Shown here one piece after another: positions 35,566-48,163 of a stretch of DNA of 64,000 nucleotides. The position numbers and the translations under genes are program-made. The notes beneath the pieces were generated by a model. The model was not told where the DNA came from. It made no database searches and was given only the letters and a program-made list of their open reading frames with translations. Source of the stretch: Macrostomum hystrix (Eukaryota; Animalia; Platyhelminthes); NCBI GenBank assembly GCA_950097015.1, contig CATNEN010000037.1:4092001-4156000 (forward strand), written 5' to 3'. Numbering within the stretch: the first letter of the stretch is position 1; each line of letters begins with the position of its first letter.

Positions 35566-37283
35566 ATGACACTAGCCGATCATGAGGATGAAGCAGACGG
35601 GCTCAGCATCCGCTTAGTTGGCCCAGACGAGGATTATCCGGCCAGACTGAATTGGGCAGATCTGGGTGTGCAGTTCAGCGCCCAGTCTATTGTGGTGCCT
35701 GGCGATCGGTTAACCAGGTGATAACTCAATTTTGGATAGAATCTTACTGACCAGTTTTTAGTCTTCATTTTTGTAATCTAGAAGTACAAGCATTCAGGTT
35801 TGATCAACAAGGGATTTATTCGGGATGGCATTCCTCAGTATTCAATCTGGGATTTAGCTATGTGCTGGGATGGGATTTATTAAGAATTAGGATTGGGTTT
35901 ATCAAGTGTGGGATGTTATTTCTAAGGTTTCTGCCCAGATGACGGGAACTTATTCTTTTTTTTTAACTAGATCTCGCGAATTCATTCCTGGCCATGGCAC
36001 ACTTCGTCGCGTTGTTGAGATAGGCAGACTGACAGACGGTAAAAATGAACGCGGGGAAGACGCCGATGATGATTCTGTTGACGACGAGGAAGGGGAGGAA
36101 GGTGCCTGGGAGCTGGCTTCCTCAGTTGCCGGACGGCAGCACGTTGTGAACAAATTGCTCTGCGTGCTGCCTGGCAAGTCGCGCTACGCTGGCGAGATCG
36201 GCGACGTTGTTGTCGGCCGCGTACAAGAGGTGGCCTCGCGGCGATGGAATATAGACGCCAATGCCAGGTTTGCGATTTCTAATGCCGGGTGTCTGTACCC
36301 ACTGTTCCATCAGCCGAGTGACTGTACCCACTGTTCCATCAGCCGAGTGACTGTACCCACTGTTCCATCAGCCGAGTGACTGTACCCACTGTTCCATCAG
36401 CCGAGTGTCTGTACCCACTGTTCCATCAGCCGAGTGACTGTACCCACTGTTCCATCAGTCGGGTGTCTGTACCCACTGTTCCATCAGTCGGGTGTCTGTA
36501 CCCACTGTTCCATGAGTCGGGTGTCTGTACCCACTGTTCCATGAGTCGGGTGTCTGTACCCACTGTTCCATGAGTCGGGTGTCTGTACCCACTGTTCCAT
36601 CAGTCGGGTGTCTGTACCCATGGCTCCCCATCAGAATCATGGTCGGGATGATTGAGCATCAGATGATGAATCAGTTTTTCTCCATTATCAGGCTGCAGGC
36701 TACTCTGCATCTCAGCGGTGTCCAACTGCCTGGTGAGGATATGCGGCGCAAATCCGAAGAGGACGAGCGCGCGATGCGGGCCGTACTTGCCGAAGGTGAT
36801 CTAGTCAGCGCCGAGGTGCAGTCTGTGCAAGCCGACGGCTCGCTAGTGCTGCACACGCGCAACGCCCGCTACGGCCGACTGGGCCAGGGCTCGCTAATCC
36901 GCGTGCCGCCGGCTTTAATCAAGCGGAGTAAGACGCATTTTCACGCCCTACCTTGCGGCGTCACCCTGGTGCTGGGCATGAACGGCTATTGCTGGTGCGG
37001 CCCGACGCCTAGGCCGGCAGATCGAGAGCCGCTGTCCGGCCCCGCCGATAGGCTGGAAGCGGCCCGGATTCGAGCCTGCGTCCGTCTTTTAGCAGCCAAT
37101 CATGTTCCGCTGCACGACACCAGCGTGATGCTGGCTTACGAGGCGTCCAGAGATTCGCCTGTGTCACTGCTGTCTAGGCCGGATACTCAGCTGAGAGTGG
37201 CCAGATTGGCTGCAGCACAGCTGCTCACCGCGGAGGCTAGCGAAGCCGGGGCTCCATCTGGCATGAACTTCTCTACTATGTAG
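35566..37283 (+). CDS. EXOSC2: Exosome complex component RRP4; exons 35566-35717, 35971-36267, 36692-37283
   Basis: VVPGD, GHGT, RYAGEIGDVVVGRV, GDLVSAEVQ, LHTRNARYGRLGQG and KTHFHALPCGVTLVLGMNG match RRP4; splice phases are consistent. Confidence 0.95.
36285..36620. repeat. 29-bp intronic minisatellite (TGTACCCACTGTTCCATCAGCCGAGTGAC), EXOSC2 intron 2
   Basis: Tandem copies visible. Confidence 0.93.
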
Positions 37284-37704
37284 CTTGAAAATATCCTGAA
37301 TAATGTAGATAAATAGGGGAGTCTATTTTATGAATTGTTCAGCGTTCAAGTTTCTTTGAGTTAAATCATAATAAATCACGATAACTCATTTTAGAACTTA
37401 ATCTTCGTTAGTATCGGGAAGCTCCCTCATTAACAAATGAAAATGAATTAACTATTTGTAACTTGACTTACTCCAATGCATTTTTGTCTCCCTCTGACTT
37501 AAGTCCCGTTTATTTTTCAAGAAATTTAGGCCCAAACAACTTTGTTCGCCAAAACACATGCTGCATTGCTTATTTGAATGAGCTTGATTTGATTGAATTG
37601 CATTTTGGAGATATTTTAAATCTTACCTTGTTATTTTATAATTATAACACCACTTTACGAATGTATAGCTTCAGAAATTAGTAGAAGTAATAAAGGAAGC
37701 AGCC

Positions 37705-38077
37705 CATTCAGTGATTGGACAGGTAGGAGGCAGCAGTATATTCACTGATTGCACAGGTAGGAGGCAACAGTTTATTCACTGATTGGACAGGTAGGAGGCA
37801 GCAGTATATTCACTGATTGCACAGGTAGGAGGCAGCAGTATATTCACTGATTGCACAGGTAGGAGGCAGCAGTATATTCACTGATTGCACAGGTAGGAGG
37901 CAGCAGTATATTCACTGATTGCACAGGTAGGAGGCAGCAGTATATTCACTGATTGGACAGGTAGGAGGCAGCAGTCTATTCACTGATTGGACAGGTAGGA
38001 GACAGCAGTATATTCACTGATTGGACAGGTAGGAGGCAGCAGTATATTCACTGATTGGACAGGTAGGAGGCAGCAGT
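37705..38077. repeat. 34-bp minisatellite (CAGTATATTCACTGATTGCACAGGTAGGAGGCAG) between EXOSC2 and VPS54
   Basis: About 11 tandem copies. Confidence 0.94.
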
Positions 38078-38200
38078 CCAATGTATTGGCTCATGAGGAG
38101 TGGATCTACAATAGCTACAATAGAGGGCCTCTGCCCATCTAGCCTGGTGTATTCGGCTCTACTTTCCAGCCATGCCTGCGCGCTAGTGGGCAGCGATGCA

Positions 38201-41200
38201 ATGACTGAGCAGCACCAAAACGGCTTCGGTCCTAATGCGGTTAGCGGCGGAGCCTCTGCGGGCAGCGACAACCAATCAGGGAAGCCCCGGCTGCAGCAGC
38301 AGCGGCATCGTTGCAGCCTGTGCCAAACCAGGCCTTTGTTTTCTAACGTTGAAGGCTTCGCTCAGCACCTGCGCTCCGACCACCTCACACGAGAGGGCGG
38401 CTCCTACCTGTGCCGATACGGACCGAATTCCGTCTGCCGCTACCAGCCGATGGAGGGCGTCAGCGAGCGCGACTACGAGCTGCACGTACTTCAGCACCAC
38501 GTCGGCGATGGCGGCTTCGGCGGTGCATCGATCGTGCCCGACTGCGTGCACACCTATCGAGAGGTGCGCGACGGCGTTACGCCAGGCGAGCGATGGACTC
38601 CACTGCACTCGGTGGTGAACCTGCCGGCTGTGCTCAACGATCCTAGACGGCATCGGCAAACCTCTGACGTGTTTAGCCGCACCTGGGGTGACGCCTTCGA
38701 ACGGGCCGAACCTCCGCCATCTTCGCTGCTGCCAATCATTGGGCGGCGCGATTTTGAGCGCTACCTGGCCAAGGTGGCCGCTCCAACCAGTGCCAGGAGT
38801 CGCCAGGCGCTGCCGCCACCGCAGCTGCAGGAGCAGCAGCCGGCAACTCCGCCGACGCCGGCCCGCCTGGCGCAAGTTGAGCAGCTATTTTTTCAGCCCG
38901 AATTCGATATTCGTCAGAAGGATATTTTTTCTCAGGTGTGTTCAGCTGCACCTGGCTTATTAGATAGCTTTACTGGTCATTTAAATGCATAGCGGCAACT
39001 AATTTACCGATCCTTCTCACCTACATATTCAGGCATATTCTTTCCTTAATCCTTGGATTTAACCAGCGATTCCATTTTATCCAGAAAAAAATATTTAGAA
39101 ACTTTTTGTTTTTAGATATTAATAAAAGGGCTAAAAAAATTCTTTCATGAATCTTAGAATTTGGGCAACACTATTTGTTCAAATCTAGATTTCTGATGTC
39201 CCCTATTCCTCACAGTTCAAATTAAGAACTCTCCTTTGCTCAAAGCTCATGATTTGAGAACTCGCCTATAAATCAAAGCTCAGATTTGAGAACTCTCCTA
39301 AAACTCAAAGCTCAGATTTGAGAACTCTCCTAAAACTCAAAGCTCAGATTTGAGAACTCGCCTATAAATCAAAGCTCAGATTTGAGAACTCGCCTATAAA
39401 TCAAAGCTCAGATTTGAGAACTCGCCTATAAATCAAAGCTCAGATTTGAGAACTCTCCTAAAACTCAAAGCTCAGATTTGAGAACTCTCCTAAAACTCAA
39501 AGCTCAGATTTGAGAACTCTCCTATAACTCAAAGCTCAGATTTGAGAACTCTCCTAAACTCAAAGCTCAGATTTGAGAACTCTCCTATAACTCAAAGCTC
39601 AGATTTGAGAACTCTCCTAAAACTCAAAGCTCAGATTTGAGAACTCTCCTAAAACTCAAAGCTCAGATTTGAGAACTCGCCTATAACTCAAAGCTCAGAT
39701 TTGAGAACTCTCCTAAAACTCAAAGCTCAGATTTGAGAACTCTCCTAAAACTCAAAGCTCAGATTTGAGAACTCTCCTAAAACTCAAAGCTCAGATTTGA
39801 GAACTCGCCTACAACTCAAAGCTCAGATTTGAGAACTCGCCCGAATTTCCTAAAAATAATTTTTTGGCGCACTATTGCCTTTGTACGCTTGTATTTATTT
39901 ACCAGGTACTGCCGTGGCAGGTGCTGCAATCCAGTGGCGGCGGCTGGCGTCAGCTGCAAGAGCAGCTCACCCATCAGCTAGATGTAGTCGAAGAAGCCAT
40001 CGCCGCTCAGGTGTCTCGCAAGTCGCACGCTCTATTTCAAACCGCGGCCAGTCAGGATGACATTCGTACTAGGCTAGATGGAGCTGTGCAATCTGTGCGA
40101 CAGTTCAGACAGCGACTATCTGGGGCCAGACAGGTAATTTGTTTACCTCGTACTTCTAGGAGTTTTAGTGCGATCCATGCCACTGAGCCCTCTGATAAGT
40201 AGTGTAGGATGCATCTGCTTAGCATTTTCGGGACTGCCCAGAGAAAATTATAAGTTATTTTTATTCTACTGACAGTAGCGTTTAATGCGTTTGCCTCTCG
40301 CACTAAGGTCCCTGAGCTCGATTCCGCGGCGAGGCCGCATTAAATTAGGACGCAGCCGCAGAGAGAAGGCTTGGGGGCTTGTCGTGCAATTTAAACCTTT
40401 GAGAGCCAATCTCAAAGGCACAGTGAAATTGTACACTACTTGACGATGAGAAAGTCATGGCAGTTGTACACAGTGAACGCATGCGTGTGTGCTCAGGAGT
40501 AAGCGGAATGGGCATGCTAAAATTCGTAAACGCTTTTCTCACCCGCTTGATATGGTTGCTTTCTAACTTTGAAGTTTAGGGATTTCTTGGGCAAAAATTC
40601 CCATAGATCCATGCTCCTAGATAGAGGTTGAATGAAGGAATGCAATGAAATAATTATTATACACAATCGGTGCAGGCCAGCGCCAGCAGTCAGCTATTGG
40701 TGCTGCGCTGTTGGCGACGCCGGCGCAATTGCGTGGCCGCACTGGAACGCCTGGAGCTACTGCTTAGCGTGCGTGCCACCCAGCCAACCATTCAACAATT
40801 ATTAGCGTACTACTGACTATTGCGGCGCCCTGGATCTCATGAACAGCGCCCAGGAGGCTCTTGGCCAGCAGCTGCGCGGCTTGCACTGCTGCAGACATCT
40901 GCATTCGCAGCTAGTGGAATTGCGCAAGTTTGTGGGTCGCATGGTTGAAGCAGAGCTGGTTTCCACCTTCGCTAAGCAGTTGAAAAACTGGGCAAGGCGC
41001 CGAGTCGCTCGGTCCCTGCGCTCTGGGCATGCTGCGCTACGGCCGCAGTCTGCACGACTGCGCGGCCGTGTTAAAACGCGAAGCATTCGAGCATCTGCGC
41101 CTGCTGGTGCGTGCCTGCGTTCTGGCCGCGGTTCAAGCTCAACAGCAGCAGGCGGCTGGCTCTGGTGGAGGCGGCGTTGGCAACGAAGAGCTTAGCCTGA

Positions 41201-44038
41201 TGGAGCAGATGCGGCAGCTGGACTTTGACTCCTGGTTGGGCATGCTAGAGTCGGCCTCCAATGGTCTGCACTCGGCATTGGTCAACTGCGCACAGGCTGT
41301 GGCGGCTGTGCGAACCATTCTGGGACCCCTGTGCTCAATGTTGGAGGCTGAGCAGATGCTGGTGGATGTGAGACAGAATGCCCAGGTAACAAGGACTTTG
41401 CCTGCCTCAACTTTAACTCTATTAACAGTAGAAAGATTTTCTACGGGCTAAAATTTTCCCGCTCTATCCGATAAAAAACTCCAGAATCACAAAGCATCGT
41501 CATCGTCGGATATTCAGTCAAATTTCAAAATTTCATCATGTAACCTATGTCGGCTATCATCGTTAACTATTTTTGATTGATTAAATTGTTAATTTTTTCA
41601 TTTTTGTACCAATATGGATTCACCATAGAAGTTTACACAGAGCAATGTTAGTTGTTCTTGTCACCAGGGTCTTCGATAAGAATCGCTGAATGTCTCGACG
41701 ATGCTTACATCGGTCGGCTTTGAAAGTTCGTTGATCGTAAAGTGTGGAAGATTTTTATCCAAATGGTGGAATTTCACGAAAATTGGTCATTCGGTTTGGT
41801 AGCTATCGTAATGTAGGTTGTGGGTATTGAAATGGGGGAAAGTTGTGGATCTTTCCCTAGAGGGAAATATAGCCTGGTTTTTCTACTGTTAACTGATCAG
41901 TCTCTAAGTCAAGTGAAAATTGCTTCTGCTCCGCTTTGCAGGAGAAGATAGTGAAACTTCTGGCGGCCAGATCAAAGGACGCCTTCCTGGAGCGGCTCAG
42001 CCCGGCTGAATTTGTCCGCCTATCAACTTTAATCAAGGCCTTTGCCGACAGACTGGACGCTATCAGCCTGCGCTCCAGCTCCGACGCTGACGACGCGGTT
42101 GGTGGCGAGGACGCGCCTAACGGGGTTGAAACCGCCACGCTGGCGTCGGCGGGTTCGTCTGCGACGACTGCAACGTTGTCGGCATCTGCGCAGTCTGGCA
42201 GCGCGCTTCTGCGCAGCGCATTGCTTAATCAGGTGGGCCGAAATCAGGTGTCAGGTAAAGGCCGTTGCCTTTTACCTGACAACGATTTCCTTACTTGTCT
42301 TTCTCTTTTACTTTCTACTTCTACATCTGCTTTCTAAATATACTTCTTTACTTCTTCTACTACCCCTCTGTCTACCCCATCGCTTCTCCCTCCACCCCAT
42401 TGCTTCTCCCTCCACCCCATGCTTTCTCCCTCCACCCCATCGCTTTTCCCTCCACCCCATCGCTTCTCCCTCTACCCCATCGCTTCTCCCTCTACCCCAT
42501 TGCTTCTCCCTCCACCCCATCGCTTCTCCCTCTACCCCATCGCTTCTCCCTCTACCCCATCGCTTCTCCCTCCACCCCATCGCTTCTCCCTCCACCCCTA
42601 TTGCTTCTCCCTCCACCCCATTGCTATTATCAGTGTTCTAACTCGCATTCAACCCTGGCGTTGTTGCAGGCGCAGCGCCTTGTTGACCGGTTCCACTCGG
42701 AGCGCAAGACCAGCCTAAAGTTATTGCTGGACAATGAGCGCTGGAAGCCGGCCGATGTTCCCACCGAATTCCAGCTCCTGGCCAGCGCTATTGGCGAAGG
42801 TCGGCTTGGCGCGCTCTCTTCTTCCTCCTCACCGTCGTCGTCATCCAATGCGGCTGCAGCCAGCAGTCTGGAGCTGTGCGGCGAGCACTTTCGCGTCTCA
42901 AGCGCCACTCTCATGCTAGTGAGATTCGCCATCGAGTATTGCCGATTGGCTACAGATCTGCGGCATTGCGCTGCCCGGGAAGTGTTTGGCCATCTGGTTG
43001 AACTATTGAAGCACTTCAATTCCCACTGCTGCCAGCTGGTGTTAGGCGCTGGTGCAATTCAATTGGTTGGCCTGAAGACCATCACCACTAAGAACCTGTG
43101 CCTGGCCCAGCGCAGCCTGCAATTGGTGCTGGCCATTCTGCCGCATGTCACCACGCATTTCATTGGCCAACTGGGCCTGCCGCCAGTCTGCCAGCGGGCC
43201 CTGCTAGACACGGCCAAGATCTACGGCGATCACGCCAATGAGATTACTCGCAAACTGGTGGAACTGATGGAGAGCAAAGCCAAGCAGCAGCTGGCCGTCT
43301 GGCAGTTTAGGCCGCCTTCGCCCTCCGCTCACATTCGATCCATTGTGGAGGCTCACGCTAAGCTGCACGAAAACATGGCTGAACTACTGCCCATACAGCA
43401 GGTAGGCATTGTGCTTGATCTGTTCTCGGAGAGGGGGCCATTCACTGCAATCTCATCTCCGTTACTCTCGAGTCTGCCTCTACTCATCGCTTCTTCTCAT
43501 CGAGTCTGCCTAGCCTCTCTCCCCTAGCTTCCCTGCCCCTAGCCTCTCTGCCCCTAGCTTCCCTGCCCCTAGCCTCTCTCCCCCTAGCTTCCCTGCCCCT
43601 AGCCTCTCTCCCCCTAGCTTCCCTGCCCCTAGCCTCTCTCCCCCTAGCTTCCCTGCCCCTAGCCTCTCTCCCCCTAGCTTCCCTGCCCCTAGCCTTTCTC
43701 TCCCCCTAGCATCTCTCTCCCCGTAGCAAAACAATTTTGCTGCTTCCGAATTTCGCACATCTCATGAAATCAGAATATCTTGCTTTCATAAAGAACTAGC
43801 TTTTTACTCAATAAATATTTACTTTCCATACTCTCCGCAGGTGACAAAAATCTTTCTGCAATTGCACAACTCCTTCAAAGAGGATTTCCGGCGAAAACTG
43901 CGCGAATGCGGCGTTACTAATGACCGATCGCCCCAGCACCTGCACGCCAGCACCGACATGGCATTCTACCTGGACAAGCTCAGAGAGCTGCGCGGCCTTG
44001 AAAATTTCAACGACGATTTTGCCGATCTTTGGCATTAA
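38201..44038 (+). CDS. VPS54: GARP complex subunit VPS54; exons 38201-38935, 39906-40133, 40676-41385, 41942-42232, 42670-43401, 43841-44038 (two apparent +1 frameshifts in exon 3)
   Basis: LQEQLTHQLDVVE, TQPTIQQLL, GALDL, SKDAFLERL, RFHSERKTSLKLLLDNERWK, LKHFNSHCCQLVLGAGA, GLKTITTKNL and CGVTNDRSPQH match VPS54; N-terminal C2H2-like zinc fingers as in invertebrate orthologs. Confidence 0.92.
39235..39842. repeat. 31-32-bp intronic minisatellite (CTCAAAGCTCAGATTTGAGAACTCTCCTAAAA), VPS54 intron 1
   Basis: Tandem copies visible. Confidence 0.95.
40270..40515 (+). mobile_element. tRNA-derived SINE-like copy (5' degraded), VPS54 intron 2
   Basis: Long shared blocks with 54590-54890, including B-box-like GCTCGATTC. 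Confidence 0.65.
41424..41868. mobile_element. Second copy of the 10989-11325 element (left subTIR deleted, internal insertion), VPS54 intron 3
   Basis: Shared blocks AACAGTAGAAAG, GGCTAAAATTTTC.CGCTCTATC, AATTGGTCATTCGGTTTGG and a terminal TTTCCC..GGGAAA hairpin. Confidence 0.6.
42365..42622. repeat. 20-bp pyrimidine-rich intronic minisatellite, VPS54 intron 4
   Basis: CCCCATCGCTTCTCCCTCCA repeats. Confidence 0.93.
43510..43722. repeat. 30-bp pyrimidine-rich intronic minisatellite, VPS54 intron 5
   Basis: CCCTAGCTTCCCTGCCCCTAGCCTCTCTCC repeats. Confidence 0.92.
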
Positions 44039-44190
44039 GTGCGCCTTTGTGGCTTTGTGTTCTTGAGTTTCCGTGGTCTTTTGAGACGGGTTTAACGGCC
44101 AAGAAATAAAATAATGCTCGAAAGAATTTGCAGCCAATTAGACACAGTTTAAATCAACCGATCGGAAAGCTTATGGGGCTACCAAGTGCC

Positions 44191-44310
44191 AACCAATCAG
44201 GAATTTTCAGACACCCAGACCAAGTCGGAGGCTTGTATGACGTCATCTAATTAAAATATTTTATAGATGTTAGCCAATCAGAAAGCTCAAAGAAATACCA
44301 ACCAATCAGG
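44191..44310 (+). promoter_or_regulatory. Cluster of three CCAATCAG boxes and a perfect CRE palindrome (ATGACGTCAT, 44237-44246)
   Basis: Motif matches only; no expression evidence. Confidence 0.35.
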
Positions 44311-45771
44311 AAGCATGTAGCTTACAACAAATAAGAAGGTCTATAGTTTGCAACCGATTGAAGAACCAGGAATTAGTTACGAAACCAAAAATTCTTCGAA
44401 ATGAGCAGCAGAAATGAGTTTTATTTGAGGCTGTTGAGGCGAGAAGGTGCATAATTTTTGTTTTATTGTGTGATGTCAAATCCACTAAAGTTGCATAATA
44501 CAATAGTTAGGTTTCGAACACAGGACGCTCCGTGTTCATTCCAGTACTTTGATCTGCAGAATCTGTAGAGATAAGCCATTTTTGTCAAGATATTTTTCTG
44601 GCTAAGAGCTTCACAGATTGCTCGAGTATCTCAAACTGATGGACCATTTCCCTTTTTATTTGCAAGCTTATTTCAGTGTTGTACGTTACGTTAAAATGAA
44701 ACTCTGACGAAAATGTTATCGCCATATATTCTCCCACATCGTCTCTATTTAGAAAGTTCAATCAGTCTGATGATTATGGTGGCTAACGCTTCAATTTGTT
44801 GGGTCCATTTTCGGTGATTGATGTTCTGGCGTTCTATCCGGACTGCGGATTTGTGTTTTTTGTGGACATTGTAGACATATTGTGCGTTTGTTTTATTCCT
44901 CATCAACTTTCTCACTTTGAATCACTCGGCTTATCGTATCAAATCGATATCGTCTCAGAGCTGGTCACGTGATCGTCTGCGTCTGTGTTGCCAATAGAAA
45001 CGGTTGAAAAAATCAGAGTTTAGCAAAATACATTTTCGTAGTTATAATTATACGTTGCTGTCTTACTTTTGCTTCTGTATTCCCTTCGTCTCTGTTGGTT
45101 TGCTTTTTGTTTTTAGTTCAAATACTGTCAATTTGATTTACATTGAATGCGCTTTGTCTCCGCATCATATATAACTGTTATATTAAATTTATTATATTAG
45201 CAGCGCTTACACAGTTATATAATGTCAATATGTGTGTTCTGAAAGCTCTGATCTGTTGGTTTGGTGTAGCATTCAGTATATATTGTTTAGCATATTTAAA
45301 GATTCATGACCATGATGATATTTTTTCTTCAATAGACAAACTAAGGCAATTTCCAGAGAAAGATTTTGCGTTCTTTTTTTTTCCTAGCCGTTGGCTGCAT
45401 TTAGGACAGTATTTATGAAATCCTATAACTCGTACGAAGTTATAGCTCGTACGAAGCATGTAGACTTCTAGGATTGACTCGCTTTTGAAAGGACCTATTC
45501 AAGAACTTCTATAACTACGAGTATAACATTCTATATTTAACTTGTTTAAGTCCTCTATCTTTTCCACAAGGTGAGAACTAGGCGTGCTTGTGTTTAGTAA
45601 GAGCTATGTCTATGGCCAAACTGTGGGTCGTCACTCAGGAGGGCCCTGTGCAAAATATTTTACTCTCGTGAAACAGCTGAAGTGCAAATAAGCAATATCC
45701 AGAAGTATCCGAATTAGCGCCGGAGTGCCACATGCTTTAAGTTAACCAACTCGGAGACGGCTAGCGAGTCA

Positions 45772-46599
45772 ATGTGCGATGAAAGCGAGGACACGGCGTG
45801 CCTGTACAATGACACCATCGATCTGATTGACATGTTTAACCAGATTCTGGACAAGACTAAAGTGGCTAAGGAGTCTGCAGCTGCTACTGCCGAATGCGGC
45901 GTTTACTGTCAATGCAGCCAGAGTACCAAGTGTCATCAGCGACAACAGCTGCCTGCTACAAACAGTAATGACTGCAATCTGCATGAGGCCAAGACACCAA
46001 AGGCATTAAACTGTCTAAACGAGATTCACCTGGTGCTGCGGCTGGAGTCCTGGGTGGGCGACAACGGCATGCTGTATGTGAATCCCAGCCTGCATCAGAA
46101 TCAGCAGGTCCAGCCGCCGGTAAAAATGCTGTGCGACGGCTTCAGCAAGCACGAAAATCAGCGGCCAACGCTAACTCAGGCTAGCAGCTACAAGAGCAAC
46201 ATCTGCGACTGCAAGCGCGATGCTGGTGCTTTCAGCGACTATTCCGAAACTAGAACTGAGCCAAAACAAAAAGTGAAGCACAAGCTGTTGCTGAGGCAGC
46301 AGAAAAAACAACAGCCGGAACCAGGTGCCTTTAGTAGTGTCAGTCCAACGTGCCAGCACAAGCCTGTGCAGAATCGACTGCAGCGCATCCCGGCCAGGCA
46401 ATCGATGACTGACGCCGAAACCCAAGTTGAGATGGCTGCCAGTGAGATTCAGGATCAGGCTGCTGCTACAGTCTCTAAGCTGCCTGCTCAACAAAAGTCG
46501 TCTTCGCGCGCCAACTTTCATACTATGAAGGCAGCTCGATCCACCGGCGATTTAACTTCTCTTACCCAGAAGTTGCACCGGGCACCTGCTCAGCGTTGA
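45772..46599 (+). CDS. Hypothetical 275-aa protein, single ORF, no recognised domain
   Basis: ATG-started, GC-enriched non-repetitive ORF in AT-rich surroundings, with composition like the other exons. Confidence 0.5.
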   Translation: MCDESEDTACLYNDTIDLIDMFNQILDKTKVAKESAAATAECGVYCQCSQSTKCHQRQQLPATNSNDCNLHEAKTPKALNCLNEIHLVLRLESWVGDNGMLYVNPSLHQNQQVQPPVKMLCDGFSKHENQRPTLTQASSYKSNICDCKRDAGAFSDYSETRTEPKQKVKHKLLLRQQKKQQPEPGAFSSVSPTCQHKPVQNRLQRIPARQSMTDAETQVEMAASEIQDQAAATVSKLPAQQKSSSRANFHTMKAARSTGDLTSLTQKLHRAPAQR

Positions 46600-48163
46600 G
46601 ACGACGCTATCAGTATTAACAAAATGAGCCCGGTAATGTTCTAGCAATATGGACATTCGGATCAGATCAGATCATTGAACTATGATCGTCACCCAATTTG
46701 ACATTGTTATGCTTTTAATTTTTATCGAGTAAAATGATGATACACTACTGCTCGAACCATGAAAAAGTAAAATGTTTTTTAATTTTTATACCATTGAAAC
46801 TGCTATTTGTTTGACGCTTTATATTATTAATGCACATTTTGTCGGAGGGGAATTTAGTCGCCCCAGAAATTTCTTTTGTATTGCCATAAGTATCACCAGA
46901 ACTTCACACTTATACGAACTTATTAGCTTCAACAAGAACAAAACCACCGAAACTAGAATGAACTTTTAAAAAAACCGACGATTTCCCAGTATCATGGTTC
47001 AGCATTAAACTTTAACTAATGAAAAATGGGGAAACTAAGATAGTAAAAAGTAACATCTGCATGCGCGTCAGAGTCTCAGCCAGGAAAATGTTTTTTCCTA
47101 AAAGACAAATTAAGCAACATCATTTAGCAATCCGCTTTAAACAAAAACTTTAAGGCCAAAAACTGGGATTGTTTTTTCCTAGCTATTTCCTAGCTAATAC
47201 TAGATTATTTGGTGATATTTTGGATGCCAAACAGCCTGTCTGTCCATCTAGTTATATTTAAAATGTAATTCGAGATTTAAAAAAATCCAATCACTAATAA
47301 ATATGTATTATATAACTTTTTTATCGCTTAGAACTATATGCACAGTATCACTGCTCTACAGATGCTGTATTCTGGATTTTCAAGCATTACAATACCGTTA
47401 TAATGTTCCAAGGCTCGAGAGTCGTAAAAACGCGACATTTTAAACGACTGCTGACAGTTCCGTTCTAGATAATAAATTAAAAGCACTAAAATTTCTAAAT
47501 ACGTGAAAATATGGATAAACTAAGAATGTCATTTATTGCAACGGATCAAATAAAACTTTTTCATAAAACTGATCAAATAACTGTTCTATATTCTTCTGTC
47601 TAGCTTGACCTGGAGATGCTCAGTTACCTGATAAAAATTATCACATCAATTATTATTATTATCACATAAAAAATTATCAAAAAGTTCAGGCAAACTAGCC
47701 AACCCAAGGGCCAAGGCTTGCTGCTTAATCACGCACAACATAAATTATGTTTATAAAACAGTTTAAATTATCCATCTTTTATTTTACACATTATCATCAC
47801 AAACATTTTCGCAAATTTGATAGACCTAAATACAAATGTGATGATTTATTATGTATTAATCACAATTAATCATCATCATTATCAATATCATTGTCAATTG
47901 TGAAGTGTTGTTCTGCACTGTCTAGAAAGCCTTGGGTCAATGTTATAGCTAGGAGATTTGTGAAAAAAGCATTTGCCAAGTAGTAGTGATAGCTATAGCC
48001 AAAGGCTCAAAATTATATAAAAACCATAGAACTAACTCTAGCTGCCCATATTCAATGTAGTAGTTACTATCTCATTTTTTAAATTGTGTAAATATGACTA
48101 ATTGAAAGAAAAAATTAATATAATTAAAATTAAGTGACATAGATATTTAGAATATGTCTTTAA

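Noticed and set aside
40805-40816. TAC-TGA-C context here and at 54280 suggesting antizyme/Euplotes-style programmed +1 frameshifting
   Set aside because: Homology is better restored by deleting a base upstream; the other shifts are in homopolymers without stops, so sequencing error is more parsimonious.
45425-45443. ATAACTCGTACGAAGTTAT resembles fused loxP arms
   Set aside because: No 8-bp spacer, one base missing and no vector sequence nearby; most likely a chance palindrome.
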